This document shows, piece after piece, positions 48,075-57,585 of a DNA stretch of 64,000 bases (the stretch's first letter is position 1; the number at the start of each line of letters is the position of its first letter). The notes beneath the pieces were generated by a model. That model did not search any database. It saw only the letters and a program-made list of their open reading frames with translations, and was not told the origin of the DNA. Source of the DNA: a virus (Duplodnaviria > Caudoviricetes); the IMG/VR virus record IMGVR_UViG_3300010163_000010, positions 41,183 through 105,182 of that record. The stretch is one strand, 5' to 3'. The position numbers and the translations under genes are program-made.

Positions 48075-49220
48075 TTGCTCAAAAAGATATTTGGGGATAG
48101 GATCTCTAAATCTCTTACCCCTGCAGCTACAAAGACTCTTGAAAGAAAGATTGGGGAATACGTTGACCGGAACTCTGAGATTCTGCTGACTCTTGATCTG
48201 AGCAGGCGTTATTCCTTCGCCGACAATGACCGGCAGGTTGTCTATGAGGCCATGGGCGTCTCCAAAGAAGAGATGGAGAAGGCCGTGAAGGAGAGCAAGC
48301 AGATTCACAACAACAACAAGATCCAGTCAAATCCGTTCTATATCTCGTGCGTTCTTGTGTGCAGCGAATACTTTGCCAAGAAAAACGAGAGCATGGTAGT
48401 TACGGTTTTCACGTATATGTCCCTTATGATGTGGACATCTCTTCATAAAGGCTTCTTCAAGTATGAGGCCAGAAAAGAGATTATGGACTATACCTTAGGA
48501 CACTTGGACAATACGTTTTTAATTCGATCGTTCCCGTCATTATTTGCGTTCATTCAAGATAACGCAAAGACAACAGTAACTACGTACAAAGATCGTATTA
48601 TCAAGTGTGAGGACACAGACATCACATGGGTTGTGGATTCTCTTTGGACTCGGTTAAAAGGTAAGATCAAGAACATTGCTTCTGAATATTACTACAACCA
48701 TGAAAAGGGAAACTATCTCAATGCGGATGAAGCCGTCTTTACCGGCAATGAGTATCGAGAGATCGATAATATCTCGTTCGATATTGATCGCCTAACCAAC
48801 AAGGTATATACAAGTTTGACGAACCGGCAATATGACAAACGGTTCATTAAATACAGCATCTCTTCTGCTAATACCTCATACCAGAGGTTGAATAATCTCA
48901 TCGAGGACATTATCGACAGCGATGATGGGCGTATGCGTGCACTCATTAGCGCCATGATTGAGTTCTATGTTCAGCAGGCAGGTAAACCCATATCCTATGT
49001 AGCCAAGGGTGACTTCATTGCCTATATGAAAACGGCATTCTCATCGAATACCGAGGTCGCTCAAATGGGTGTTATCAAGAGCACCATTGATGCCTGGCTG
49101 GCAGAGAATATGTATAAGTACGGCCGGGCAAACTACGGTAAAACGGTGAAGATTCAGTATCGCCGCTGCCTGTACATGTTCTTCGTGTTCATTATCAACT
49201 ATGAAGCTAAACGTTCCTAA
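48075..49220 (+). CDS. Conserved hypothetical (probably virion) protein
   Basis: 381 aa helical ORF in a late operon with the RNAP fragment. Confidence 0.7.
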   Translation: MLKKIFGDRISKSLTPAATKTLERKIGEYVDRNSEILLTLDLSRRYSFADNDRQVVYEAMGVSKEEMEKAVKESKQIHNNNKIQSNPFYISCVLVCSEYFAKKNESMVVTVFTYMSLMMWTSLHKGFFKYEARKEIMDYTLGHLDNTFLIRSFPSLFAFIQDNAKTTVTTYKDRIIKCEDTDITWVVDSLWTRLKGKIKNIASEYYYNHEKGNYLNADEAVFTGNEYREIDNISFDIDRLTNKVYTSLTNRQYDKRFIKYSISSANTSYQRLNNLIEDIIDSDDGRMRALISAMIEFYVQQAGKPISYVAKGDFIAYMKTAFSSNTEVAQMGVIKSTIDAWLAENMYKYGRANYGKTVKIQYRRCLYMFFVFIINYEAKRS

Positions 49221-49238
49221 TGAAAGGAGTCTTTAAAT

Positions 49239-49517
49239 ATGGATAGGCCGGCATGCGTTAAGTTCCTCACACCGGAGGAGAATGAGTGCCTGGAGTCCTT
49301 GCTCAGGGCGCAGGATCTTTTTGACACTATTTGTCAGGATGATCCGCAAAATCCCACGGATTCGTATAATTTCGGGCACTATGTCGATGCCGCTCGGAAT
49401 GCCATTCTGGTGCGCGGTGCCAGGCGTATGGATCCGCAGAATCTTCTCAAGAGGAACCCGAACAGCAAGGCGGCTAAGCTGATTCCGGCTGAGGGTGAGA
49501 AGCATGGGCTTACGTAA
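49239..49517 (+). CDS. Hypothetical protein
   Basis: 92 aa; AAAGGAG RBS. Confidence 0.7.
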   Translation: MDRPACVKFLTPEENECLESLLRAQDLFDTICQDDPQNPTDSYNFGHYVDAARNAILVRGARRMDPQNLLKRNPNSKAAKLIPAEGEKHGLT

Positions 49518-50247
49518 GGATATCGAGAGCGACATCTATGCGCTCTTGGATGATATGGACCCATCTGGAAAGAATACTGACCGTATGCGGTCCTTCTTCA
49601 AGACCATGGATGACAAGACGTTCTATAAGCACATGGATGAGTTCTTTGATAATCCGGATAAGAATTTCCCTGTGGCCTATGATGCCTACAATAATCCGGT
49701 GAACATGGACTTTGCCCATAAGGTCGCCAAGAAACACAACGTTCCCATCTACGAGCGTATTTACCGGCCGTATCTGACCGGTGATACCGAAGATCCCCCT
49801 GGAACTGTGAATGAGATAATGGTTCTCGATGTTCCGGTCAAACGGCTGAAGCAGACCATGTTCAATAAGAACCATGCGTCTACGACTGCTCGTAAGCGTG
49901 ATCCTAAGACTGGTCAGATGTCCGGTGAGGATCGTACAGCCAGGGTTACGGACGTTGAGACATTTTCGCTCATCGTTCAAGGTCAGTATAATGCGGCGCA
50001 GGAATTCTATGGGCCGATGGCAGATGACATGGCAGCACATTATGAGATGCTGCGGCGAATCCAGAGAGATGGCGAAGTTGAATTGCGCGATCTCCCCAAT
50101 GACCCGCTCGATAAGGTCACGCTGAACACGATTAACGTGTACATGATAGGCGCATGTCTTCAATCTAATCTCATTGATGAGTCCGGATATATTCTCCCAG
50201 TTACTTTGAAAGGCCGCGAAGATAAATTGTCTACAATTAAACGATAG
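49504..50247 (+). CDS. Split RNA polymerase beta C-terminal fragment (virion RNAP type)
   Basis: KRLKQ...KNHA....RDPKTGQ.SG...RVTDVE.FSL parallels the RpoB C-terminal KL.H...DK.HAR...TQQP..G...RFGEME.WAL region. Confidence 0.7.
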   Translation: MGLRKDIESDIYALLDDMDPSGKNTDRMRSFFKTMDDKTFYKHMDEFFDNPDKNFPVAYDAYNNPVNMDFAHKVAKKHNVPIYERIYRPYLTGDTEDPPGTVNEIMVLDVPVKRLKQTMFNKNHASTTARKRDPKTGQMSGEDRTARVTDVETFSLIVQGQYNAAQEFYGPMADDMAAHYEMLRRIQRDGEVELRDLPNDPLDKVTLNTINVYMIGACLQSNLIDESGYILPVTLKGREDKLSTIKR

Positions 50248-50261
50248 GAAGGAGTACTGTC

Positions 50262-50429
50262 ATGCATTCCGAGAAAACTCCCGAGCAGCTTCGTGAAGAG
50301 CTGATGAAGCTCGTTGAGAATAATGCGAACCTCGCAGATGGCAAAGCGTGCTTTTTCAACGAGATTGCTACTCCCGGTATTCAGCGTCCGGTTAAGCCCA
50401 AAGACGTCGGTGTGAAGCCGGCGCGGTAA
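50262..50429 (+). CDS. Small hypothetical protein (55 aa, not in the ORF track)
   Basis: MHSEKTPEQ...VKPAR*; AAGGAG RBS; terminator follows. Confidence 0.6.
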   Translation: MHSEKTPEQLREELMKLVENNANLADGKACFFNEIATPGIQRPVKPKDVGVKPAR

Positions 50430-50436
50430 AAGAGAT

Positions 50437-50465
50437 GCCCAGGGTGTCATTCAAACACCCTGGGC
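50437..50465 (+). terminator. Terminator-like hairpin
   Basis: GCCCAGGGTGT/ACACCCTGGGC. Confidence 0.65.
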
Positions 50466-50496
50466 TATTGCCGCAACTATAGAAATGTGTTTCGGG

Positions 50497-50507
50497 TACA
50501 TACTATA
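50497..50507 (+). promoter_or_regulatory. Early-type promoter TACATACTATA
   Basis: Matches the recurring motif. Confidence 0.7.
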
Positions 50508-50538
50508 GTTAGGCAATAAAAGAAAGGAGTAGATCAAC

Positions 50539-51390
50539 GTGTTAACTAAACCTACTAAAGACCACCGGTACCGGGTGGGTTTTGATTCGGTACACTACGT
50601 ACGGCTCTTTATCATCGCCTGTTTGCTTGCGGCTATTGTCGGAGCTGTGTCGATGGCGTTCTTTCTTTTGAGGGTTTACGATAAGAGCATGCAGCTCCTG
50701 GAGACCGAGAAAACTAATCTTCAGGAGGACATTGTCACTCTGGGGTACACGCACCAGGAGACCTTGGAGGAGACTATCTCGAAGTATGAGAATTACATCA
50801 GTGCGCTTAATGAACAACACGAGAAAGAGTTGTCTGCTCGTGATGCAAAGATTGAAGAGCTGTCAGGTTCTCTTGAGGAACTCAATGCTTTGTTTGAATC
50901 GATCGATGATGATCTGAGTTTCACCGTTCTAAAGCGCTACTGGTATGTCTTTAAGGACGCAGAAAATGGTTCAGGAATTACACCTGAGCTGGTAGCCTTC
51001 GTTGATTCGAAGTGCAAAGACTGGAATGTTAATCCGCATTGGATGTGGGCCATTTGGTGGTCTGAGTCGAACTGGAAAATCGATGTGGATAACGATAAAT
51101 CTTCTGCCCGCGGATTAGGGCAGCTTCTTTCTGGAACCGGGAAGTATCTCTATGAGAATACTCTCGGTCATGGATCTGGAACATACAATCATCGTATGGC
51201 CTATGATCCGTTTATCAATGCTGAGTTAACCATTGCGCATATCGGCAATGACTTAGCTAAAGGCAGCATGACCGCTGCCGTTCAACACTACTCTGGCGGC
51301 GGGGGTTCAACGTACTATAATAAGGCAGTAAAAAATGCCGCCAGGTATGGTATCAAGCTGTCAGACAGCAATGCAACGTACCCGTATTAG
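50539..51390 (+). CDS. Membrane-anchored lytic transglycosylase (SLT family)
   Basis: N-terminal TM helix, coiled coil, then AIWWSESNW (catalytic Glu), SSARGLGQL, DPFINA, HYSGG. Confidence 0.8.
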   Translation: MLTKPTKDHRYRVGFDSVHYVRLFIIACLLAAIVGAVSMAFFLLRVYDKSMQLLETEKTNLQEDIVTLGYTHQETLEETISKYENYISALNEQHEKELSARDAKIEELSGSLEELNALFESIDDDLSFTVLKRYWYVFKDAENGSGITPELVAFVDSKCKDWNVNPHWMWAIWWSESNWKIDVDNDKSSARGLGQLLSGTGKYLYENTLGHGSGTYNHRMAYDPFINAELTIAHIGNDLAKGSMTAAVQHYSGGGGSTYYNKAVKNAARYGIKLSDSNATYPY

Positions 51391-51445
51391 GTATCGTCCG
51401 TGTAACCACGGTTGATATACATTTACTTTACAGGAGGAATGACCT

Positions 51446-52654
51446 ATGACCGAAGAAGAGATCTCCACCCTCATCCCTAAGACGACAACCCCCAGAGGCA
51501 TCATCACCACCACCGACGAGGTCAAAGCTGCCACTACACGTAAGCTGCTGTTCGTCGGCACTGGCGACGGCGGCTGCAATATCGCCTCTGACATCGGTGG
51601 TGCGTTGGCTCAGAGCGGAGCGCGCGTGATCGCCTACAATACCTGCACTCGGGCGATGAACGATGTGTCCGCCCATCTGAAGATCTTCCCCGATGGCGAG
51701 GACGGCTCTGGTAAGGCGAGGAGTTACTCCAAGGATATCTTCAAGAACGGTGTCTACAAGGATATCATTAAAGGTATCCGCACGCTGTCTACGCGGGACG
51801 GCCCGTTCGAGTATATCGTGGTCTGCAGCACTGCCGATGGCGGCACCGGATCTGGTATTTCTCCGGTATGTGCCAAGCTGATCAAGGATAATGTCGACGT
51901 GCCGGTCATGATCCTCGGTGTCTATCCGGCTACGTGGGAGGATGCCATTGCGCAGTTCAATGCGCTGCAGTGGCAGGCTGAGGTAGAGAAGACCGGTCTT
52001 CCCTATTTCGTTCTCGATAACGATCAGCCTGAGACCAGCAAGAAGATTATTCACAAACAGATCAACAGCTACGCGGCCAGAATGATGTCGCTGTTAGCCG
52101 GTCAGGAGTTCGGGAATACCGGAATCAGCATGATCGATGACCGCAACCTGTTTTCGCTGCTGGCTCCCAGATCTGGTCAGAATCACCGGGCTCTTATCGC
52201 GATTTCCGCCGAGCGCCTGCGCAACGACCAGTCGCTGGATGACTATGTCGAGAAGATGCTGCGCAGCTGCAACCAGCCAATGCCTTCCAGTATCGGCGGG
52301 ATCGGCATATTCGTTCGCGGCCCGCATGACCTGATCGAGCGGATCGATACCAGTCTGCAGGGTTTCCAGGATAAGTACGGCCGGGCCATCCTGCACTTCG
52401 CCCACATCGAGGAAGGCGACGATATCAAAGTCGCGATTCTCCTGACCGATTGCGACGAGCCCAGCCAGCGGCTGCTCGAGATGAAGAATCGCTATGATGA
52501 TGTGATGGTATGCCGGTCGTCCGCCAAGTCGATTCTCGACGACTTCGATTTGGATATGGATGACGATCCGATGGATATGGGCATGAGCATTGTTCAGCGG
52601 CCCACGGATATCGCGGACAAGAACATCGACATCTCTGCACTGGATCTTCTGTAA
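51446..52654 (+). CDS. phuZ: Tubulin/FtsZ-family protein (PhuZ/TubZ-like)
   Basis: VGTGDGGCNI, DGSGK, GGTGSG tubulin signature, LDND, IDDRNL; acidic tail ending IDISALDLL. Confidence 0.85.
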   Translation: MTEEEISTLIPKTTTPRGIITTTDEVKAATTRKLLFVGTGDGGCNIASDIGGALAQSGARVIAYNTCTRAMNDVSAHLKIFPDGEDGSGKARSYSKDIFKNGVYKDIIKGIRTLSTRDGPFEYIVVCSTADGGTGSGISPVCAKLIKDNVDVPVMILGVYPATWEDAIAQFNALQWQAEVEKTGLPYFVLDNDQPETSKKIIHKQINSYAARMMSLLAGQEFGNTGISMIDDRNLFSLLAPRSGQNHRALIAISAERLRNDQSLDDYVEKMLRSCNQPMPSSIGGIGIFVRGPHDLIERIDTSLQGFQDKYGRAILHFAHIEEGDDIKVAILLTDCDEPSQRLLEMKNRYDDVMVCRSSAKSILDDFDLDMDDDPMDMGMSIVQRPTDIADKNIDISALDLL

Positions 52655-52667
52655 GATTTAGCACACC

Positions 52668-52696
52668 GGCGGGTGGGGAATCTTCCCCACCCGTCT
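52668..52696 (+). terminator. Terminator-like hairpin
   Basis: GCGGGTGGGGA/TCCCCACCCGT. Confidence 0.65.
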
Positions 52697-52704
52697 TACA
52701 GGAG

Positions 52705-52962
52705 GTGATATTGGTGGATAGCGACAAAACGTACTACGATCAGAGTGATATGCTCGAGTTCTTTTACGACGCATTGGCTCACGGTCGTAAAGATGACGCC
52801 GCTACGATTCTGAAGGTGATGGCCAGCAGCTGCCCGTTGTATAAGGCCGGCGTCTGCCTGGAATCGTTCTTCTGCCCCGATTGCAAGTTCTACCTCAATA
52901 ATGGGGTGATCATTCCGATGCGGCGTGACTCTGCTGAAAAGACCATTCAGGTACACGACTAA
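52705..52962 (+). CDS. Small Cys-containing hypothetical protein
   Basis: 85 aa; CP....C....CPDC; GGAGGTG RBS. Confidence 0.65.
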   Translation: MILVDSDKTYYDQSDMLEFFYDALAHGRKDDAATILKVMASSCPLYKAGVCLESFFCPDCKFYLNNGVIIPMRRDSAEKTIQVHD

Positions 52963-52975
52963 GGAGGTTTTATCA

Positions 52976-54154
52976 ATGGCTGTTAAGAAGAAGACGACGA
53001 AGAGTAAGAAGTCGGCCCCGACCCCGACCGCGCGGTCGATTGTCAGTGGCATCAACAAGAGCATCATCGCTGGGCTGAAGACCGCTCATTTGCCGGCGTT
53101 CAGCGAGCTCTCGATTCAGCCGAATCAGCTCAGCTTGGCGTTCAAGGGCGAGCGGTATCTGGAGGCCGTTCTCGGCGATACCAATCACCGGTTCTATGAG
53201 CATCTGGTCTTCTCGTCCATCTACGACGTTGCGGTGAACATGGTTCAGCAGAAGATTGCCGCGCCCAACGTTCAGATGCCTGGTGTGTGGACTCATATCA
53301 TGGTGAACTCTCTTGCGTCTCGACTTCTCGAGGATGTGACCTATACAACCGCAGATGGTAACGAGGCCAAAGCTCTCTTTGTTGTTAAGGCCGAGGTTAC
53401 CGCTCCGGTCATAACCTCGGAAAATGTCCTTACGGAGTCCGAGCTCTACAGCTTCCCGCCCAATCTTCGTATGGCGTATGTCGACTATACTCCCAAAGTG
53501 TTTGTCGACTTGCTGGATGGGTTAGTTGCAGAGATGCTTTCGCAAATGGAGTTCTTTGCTCTGTCGAATTACACGCCGCATACGATCCTTCCGGATAACG
53601 ATACCATTCCGTCTCTTCGTGGTTATCCGGGGTATCTCAAGGCATATATGGGAGACGATGTGAGCAACTGGTACAACGGAATCAAAGATATTATTATGCA
53701 TGGGGAGATCTCCTTCGAAGATCAGCTCCGGGAGTTCACTGATACTATCATCGTTGATTTCGTGAACGCTATTATCATGGGGATTATGTACGGCGGTGTG
53801 TCTAAAGAGACTACGTTGAAGCTGCGGAAAATTAAGATTTCCCCCAGAGTGGATGAGATGTATATTGACATTCTGGATCCGAAACTCACGATGCCGTGTT
53901 TGATCACGTACGACGTTGGCGATGGTAGCGATCCGTTGTTTACCGTTTTCAACATTATTCCCAAGTATTTGATCGAGTTGTTTACAGAGGATAAGCCGAC
54001 ACAGACAGCAAAGCGGTTTGTGAATAAGCAGATCAATGATGCGCAGACCGCATTGACCCGGTTGTGTTTTGATATCGTTACAGCCGAGATGCTTGGGCGG
54101 GCTTGTCAGTTTATCGACGACCCGGAAGCCGTCGAGTCTGACGACGCAAATTGA
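52976..54154 (+). CDS. Hypothetical protein
   Basis: AAGGAGGT RBS before ATG 52976; basic N-terminal tail. Confidence 0.8.
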   Translation: MAVKKKTTKSKKSAPTPTARSIVSGINKSIIAGLKTAHLPAFSELSIQPNQLSLAFKGERYLEAVLGDTNHRFYEHLVFSSIYDVAVNMVQQKIAAPNVQMPGVWTHIMVNSLASRLLEDVTYTTADGNEAKALFVVKAEVTAPVITSENVLTESELYSFPPNLRMAYVDYTPKVFVDLLDGLVAEMLSQMEFFALSNYTPHTILPDNDTIPSLRGYPGYLKAYMGDDVSNWYNGIKDIIMHGEISFEDQLREFTDTIIVDFVNAIIMGIMYGGVSKETTLKLRKIKISPRVDEMYIDILDPKLTMPCLITYDVGDGSDPLFTVFNIIPKYLIELFTEDKPTQTAKRFVNKQINDAQTALTRLCFDIVTAEMLGRACQFIDDPEAVESDDAN

Positions 54155-54156
54155 TC

Positions 54157-54205
54157 TATATACTATAAGTGTGACCATGAGGATGTGTTCTTGTGGTCAC
54201 ACTTA
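54157..54205 (+). promoter_or_regulatory. Early-type promoter with a 5' leader hairpin
   Basis: TATATACTATA at 54157-54167; TAAGTGTGACCATGAGGA/TTCTTGTGGTCACACTTA. Confidence 0.7.
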
Positions 54206-54230
54206 TTGATAAAGGAAGGTGAGTAAACTC

Positions 54231-55160
54231 ATGAGCAAGAATCGGAACAATAATAACAAGTTCACGAACCGCGCGTCTAAGCGGTTCAACGACATGCCCA
54301 AGATCGAGGTCATGCCGCAGTCGGAAATCTTCGATATCCTCAATTCCGACATGAAGACGATCATCGATCAGGTGACCGCCTATCGGGATCACAGGGTTGG
54401 CGCCGTGTTCCCGTCCTATGTCTCGAACGGCTTCGCGAACCTCTCCACGACTCTGTACTTCTATGAGTACGTGAAGGATCACGTCAAGCCCAAGAAGCGC
54501 GGCATCAAGACGGATCTCGAAGAGGCCGATCTCGAGTCCTTGCGGATGATCTTGGCCGATGCGCACAAGAAGAGCGCTTCCGGGGTCTACCAGATCGAGA
54601 AGGAGTATACCGAGCGCAACGAGTTGCTCGGCAAGGCCTTCAAGAGGCTGTGCCCCGAGATCTACAGGCTTACTGGAAAGTTTGAGACGTTGTCGAAGTC
54701 TCAGCGACGGGAGCTTACGATTCTGTTCTGGGGTGATCCGGTGTACAACTTCCGGTTTATCCACAAGCACATTAATCGGAGTACTGTGTCCGACAAGAAG
54801 AAGCTGAAGATCTTGAAAAAGATCTACGGCAAACGCTTTGTTCGGGCAGTGGGTGCGGCTATGTGTGTGGAAGGCAACAACAGTGATTGCCTTGCCATGC
54901 TGTTCGATTATATGTGCAGCAAGAAGAAGAAAAAGCGTGCGCACTATATCCGCGCGTATGCTGAGGCGTTTAAGCGGTCTAAGGGTCTTCGGTATTTCAG
55001 GATTGACCAGGACTTCTACGACCACAACAAGCGCATCATCGAGGAGTTGGGCATTGTGGACATTGGCTACAAGAAGGCGTTCAAAGACCTTCGCGGAGCT
55101 AAGACCCAGAAGGCTCCTCCCCAGAAGAAGGACTTCAGGCCGCAGTCGGATAGGCGGTAG
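54231..55160 (+). CDS. Very basic early hypothetical protein
   Basis: Lys/Arg-rich; strong codon bias; own promoter and terminator (alternative GTG start at 54219). Confidence 0.85.
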   Translation: MSKNRNNNNKFTNRASKRFNDMPKIEVMPQSEIFDILNSDMKTIIDQVTAYRDHRVGAVFPSYVSNGFANLSTTLYFYEYVKDHVKPKKRGIKTDLEEADLESLRMILADAHKKSASGVYQIEKEYTERNELLGKAFKRLCPEIYRLTGKFETLSKSQRRELTILFWGDPVYNFRFIHKHINRSTVSDKKKLKILKKIYGKRFVRAVGAAMCVEGNNSDCLAMLFDYMCSKKKKKRAHYIRAYAEAFKRSKGLRYFRIDQDFYDHNKRIIEELGIVDIGYKKAFKDLRGAKTQKAPPQKKDFRPQSDRR

Positions 55161-55167
55161 GATTAAT

Positions 55168-55197
55168 GGGCAGCGGGGGGTTATCCTCCGCTGCCCT
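55168..55197 (+). terminator. Terminator-like hairpin
   Basis: GGGCAGCGGGGG/CCTCCGCTGCCC. Confidence 0.7.
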
Positions 55198-55276
55198 GCC
55201 TATACATAACGTGTTTCATTTTTATCTTGATTTTGCTAAAAACAATACCATAACATAAGCAAAAGGAGTGATATGA

Positions 55277-56695
55277 ATGATTTCGGATTTTAATAAGTAT
55301 ATCCGAGAGACTCAGGGGAAGAATGAGAAGAACCTGCTTAGCACGGTAACATCCATGCCCCAGTATCCGACGGGATATATGTACTTGGACTACGGCACCG
55401 GCAGCTACTTGACTGTCTGCGATGAGAACGAGTGCCCGTTGTACCAGTACCACAACATCGGTATCAGTTGTGGGTCGGTCAACACCATTATCTCCAAGTC
55501 TCAGGGCGGCAAGACGACTCTCACCGTATCTATGGCCGTGGCTATCATCGAAGCCTTCGTTAATAAGCTGCTCTATGAGGCATGTATGCGAGATGTAATC
55601 GCAACCGCAAAACTTAAGAATCTTCCTGAGTATAGTGGGTACCCGTTTATCCAGATTCTTGATACTGAAAAGACGCTGCCCATCGATTACGCCAAGAAGG
55701 TCGCTCGGTATACCAACAAGCTGACTCAGCAGCACATTTCGATTAACCCCATCACTACAGATACCGATCTCATGGTTGCTTTGGACAAGCATGTTCGATT
55801 CAAGGTTGAGCATATGTCGAAGACTCCCATGCCTATGTTGGATATCTACGGCAATGTGATATATGAGTATCCGCCAACAGTCATGATTGTGGACTCTATG
55901 TCCCAGCTGCTATTGGAGAACTGCGACGATCCGACAATGATTGCAAAGGCCAAGAAGGGTGGTATTCTTGATATATATGCAACGGCCACACAGAATACGG
56001 CTGGTGCACGTAGAGCAAAGATTATCACAGCTCTGTACTCACAACTGGTCAACTATGCCAAGAAGTATAACATCATCATCTTCCCGATCTGTCATATCAA
56101 CAAGATGCTGCCGGTGAATGGTATTCCCGTTAAGCAGTACCGAGGGCTGCGTGCTGGTGAAACTATTGGTGGCGGAGAGAAAGCAATCTTCCTGGCCTCT
56201 ACTATTCTACGTCTGGATGTCATCAAGAGTGTTGGCACTGAGAGTTCTACGGCTGTGAACCTTGGCGATGGTATCACTGGTCACATTGCGATCGCATCCT
56301 GGATTAAGTCCAAATCGAACTCTAAGGCTAACCGATGTCAGCTGGTCTATACTAACATTGCCGGCTATGACGCCACATTGTCAAACTTGTGGTATGCTAA
56401 GGAGACTGGGGATCTTCCGAAGAGTGGCAATTTTTTCTATATTCCCGGGTATGAGCAGTATAAGTTCACCATGAAGAACTACCGGGATGTATTTGGCGAG
56501 CATCCGGAGATGTTTGGCGGATTGTATGATCTGCTCAGGGTTAAGTGTTCCAAAATGTTAGATAATCCCGAGCAAGCGATCTATGCTGAGCGGAAACTCA
56601 TTAATGATCTTCGCGATGATATTCATGAGGAATTTGATCGCGGCGATGCTATGGATATGGATGATATGTTCGCAAGTGTATTCAATGCGAACTGA
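55277..56695 (+). CDS. uvsX: RecA/UvsX-like recombinase (jumbo-phage type)
   Basis: YPTG..YLD, Walker A SQGGKTT, LDTE, Walker B IVDS, CHIN, GGGE..F, KSK; promoter variant AACA-ATAC-CATA at 55241-55252. Confidence 0.85.
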   Translation: MISDFNKYIRETQGKNEKNLLSTVTSMPQYPTGYMYLDYGTGSYLTVCDENECPLYQYHNIGISCGSVNTIISKSQGGKTTLTVSMAVAIIEAFVNKLLYEACMRDVIATAKLKNLPEYSGYPFIQILDTEKTLPIDYAKKVARYTNKLTQQHISINPITTDTDLMVALDKHVRFKVEHMSKTPMPMLDIYGNVIYEYPPTVMIVDSMSQLLLENCDDPTMIAKAKKGGILDIYATATQNTAGARRAKIITALYSQLVNYAKKYNIIIFPICHINKMLPVNGIPVKQYRGLRAGETIGGGEKAIFLASTILRLDVIKSVGTESSTAVNLGDGITGHIAIASWIKSKSNSKANRCQLVYTNIAGYDATLSNLWYAKETGDLPKSGNFFYIPGYEQYKFTMKNYRDVFGEHPEMFGGLYDLLRVKCSKMLDNPEQAIYAERKLINDLRDDIHEEFDRGDAMDMDDMFASVFNAN

Positions 56696-56706
56696 GGAAG
56701 CTGCGA

Positions 56707-57243
56707 ATGGACACTCATGTTGAGATTAGTCACACAGTGAAGGAACAGATCTGGGATGTCCGGTATTGTGATAAATGTAAAGAGCCGATCGACATGAATA
56801 AGTTAGTTGGAGACCGGCCGCATGCCACAGATGTGCGCTACACGCACTACTGCATTGTTCGTGATTACAGCATTGATCCGTCTTTGAACGATGGCATAAG
56901 CAGCTATTGCGAGTGCTGCATGTACGATGCAATCAAGGATGTTTTGAATACCCTTGAGGGCCAGTATGAGATTGCGATGCAGTGTGGCATTGTCTATCCG
57001 GATGAACTTACCAAACGTAAAGATGCTGGAGAGAAAAGAAAACAGCAGCGCGACGCGGCGTTTGTAAAAACGCTGACTGGATTAGCCGCCGAAGAGGAAG
57101 AGCGGTATCAGCGGCTTATGGGCTCCGACAATCCGGTTGCTGACAGCATTGTTTCAGGAGAGAAACGTTATATCAATAAAATCGGACGTTATAGCAAGGC
57201 GGAGGATCCTGAATTCTATAAGCAGCACTGTCATAGTAGCTAG
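56707..57243 (+). CDS. Zn-finger protein, tandem paralog 1
   Basis: EQIWDVRYCDKC...YCECCM. Confidence 0.75.
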   Translation: MDTHVEISHTVKEQIWDVRYCDKCKEPIDMNKLVGDRPHATDVRYTHYCIVRDYSIDPSLNDGISSYCECCMYDAIKDVLNTLEGQYEIAMQCGIVYPDELTKRKDAGEKRKQQRDAAFVKTLTGLAAEEEERYQRLMGSDNPVADSIVSGEKRYINKIGRYSKAEDPEFYKQHCHSS

Positions 57244-57252
57244 GAGACAACT

Positions 57253-57585
57253 ATGGAAACCAATGTCAAGATTAGGCATACGATAACTGAGCAGGTCTGG
57301 GATGCCAGGTACTGCGATAAGTGCAATAAGCTGGTTCATATGAATTCGGTAGTAGGCACCAGACTGACTAAACCGATTACGTTCACTAAATATTATGTGG
57401 TTCGCAATATTAATGATGACCATGTGCCCATGCACTTTTGCGAAGAGTGCATGGGCAGCCTCGTCTCTGAGTTTCTTAAGAGGGCTGATGGTCACTATGA
57501 TGTTGAGATTGAGATCGGCGGCATTTATGAGGACGAGCTTCGTTTAGCGAAGCTGCTAAAGAGGGATAAAATTTCTGATGGATAA
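57253..57585 (+). CDS. Zn-finger protein, tandem paralog 2
   Basis: EQVWDARYCDKC...FCEECM. Confidence 0.75.
   Translation: METNVKIRHTITEQVWDARYCDKCNKLVHMNSVVGTRLTKPITFTKYYVVRNINDDHVPMHFCEECMGSLVSEFLKRADGHYDVEIEIGGIYEDELRLAKLLKRDKISDG

Noticed and set aside
50478-50489. Late-promoter variant CACA-TTTC-TATA on the - strand
   Set aside because: Imperfect match that points straight into a terminator hairpin with no gene to drive
51446-55160. Chimallin / phage-nucleus shell gene near the tubulin
   Set aside because: No ORF here is recognisable as ChmA by eye; PhuZ alone does not show nucleus formation, so a profile search of the whole genome is needed
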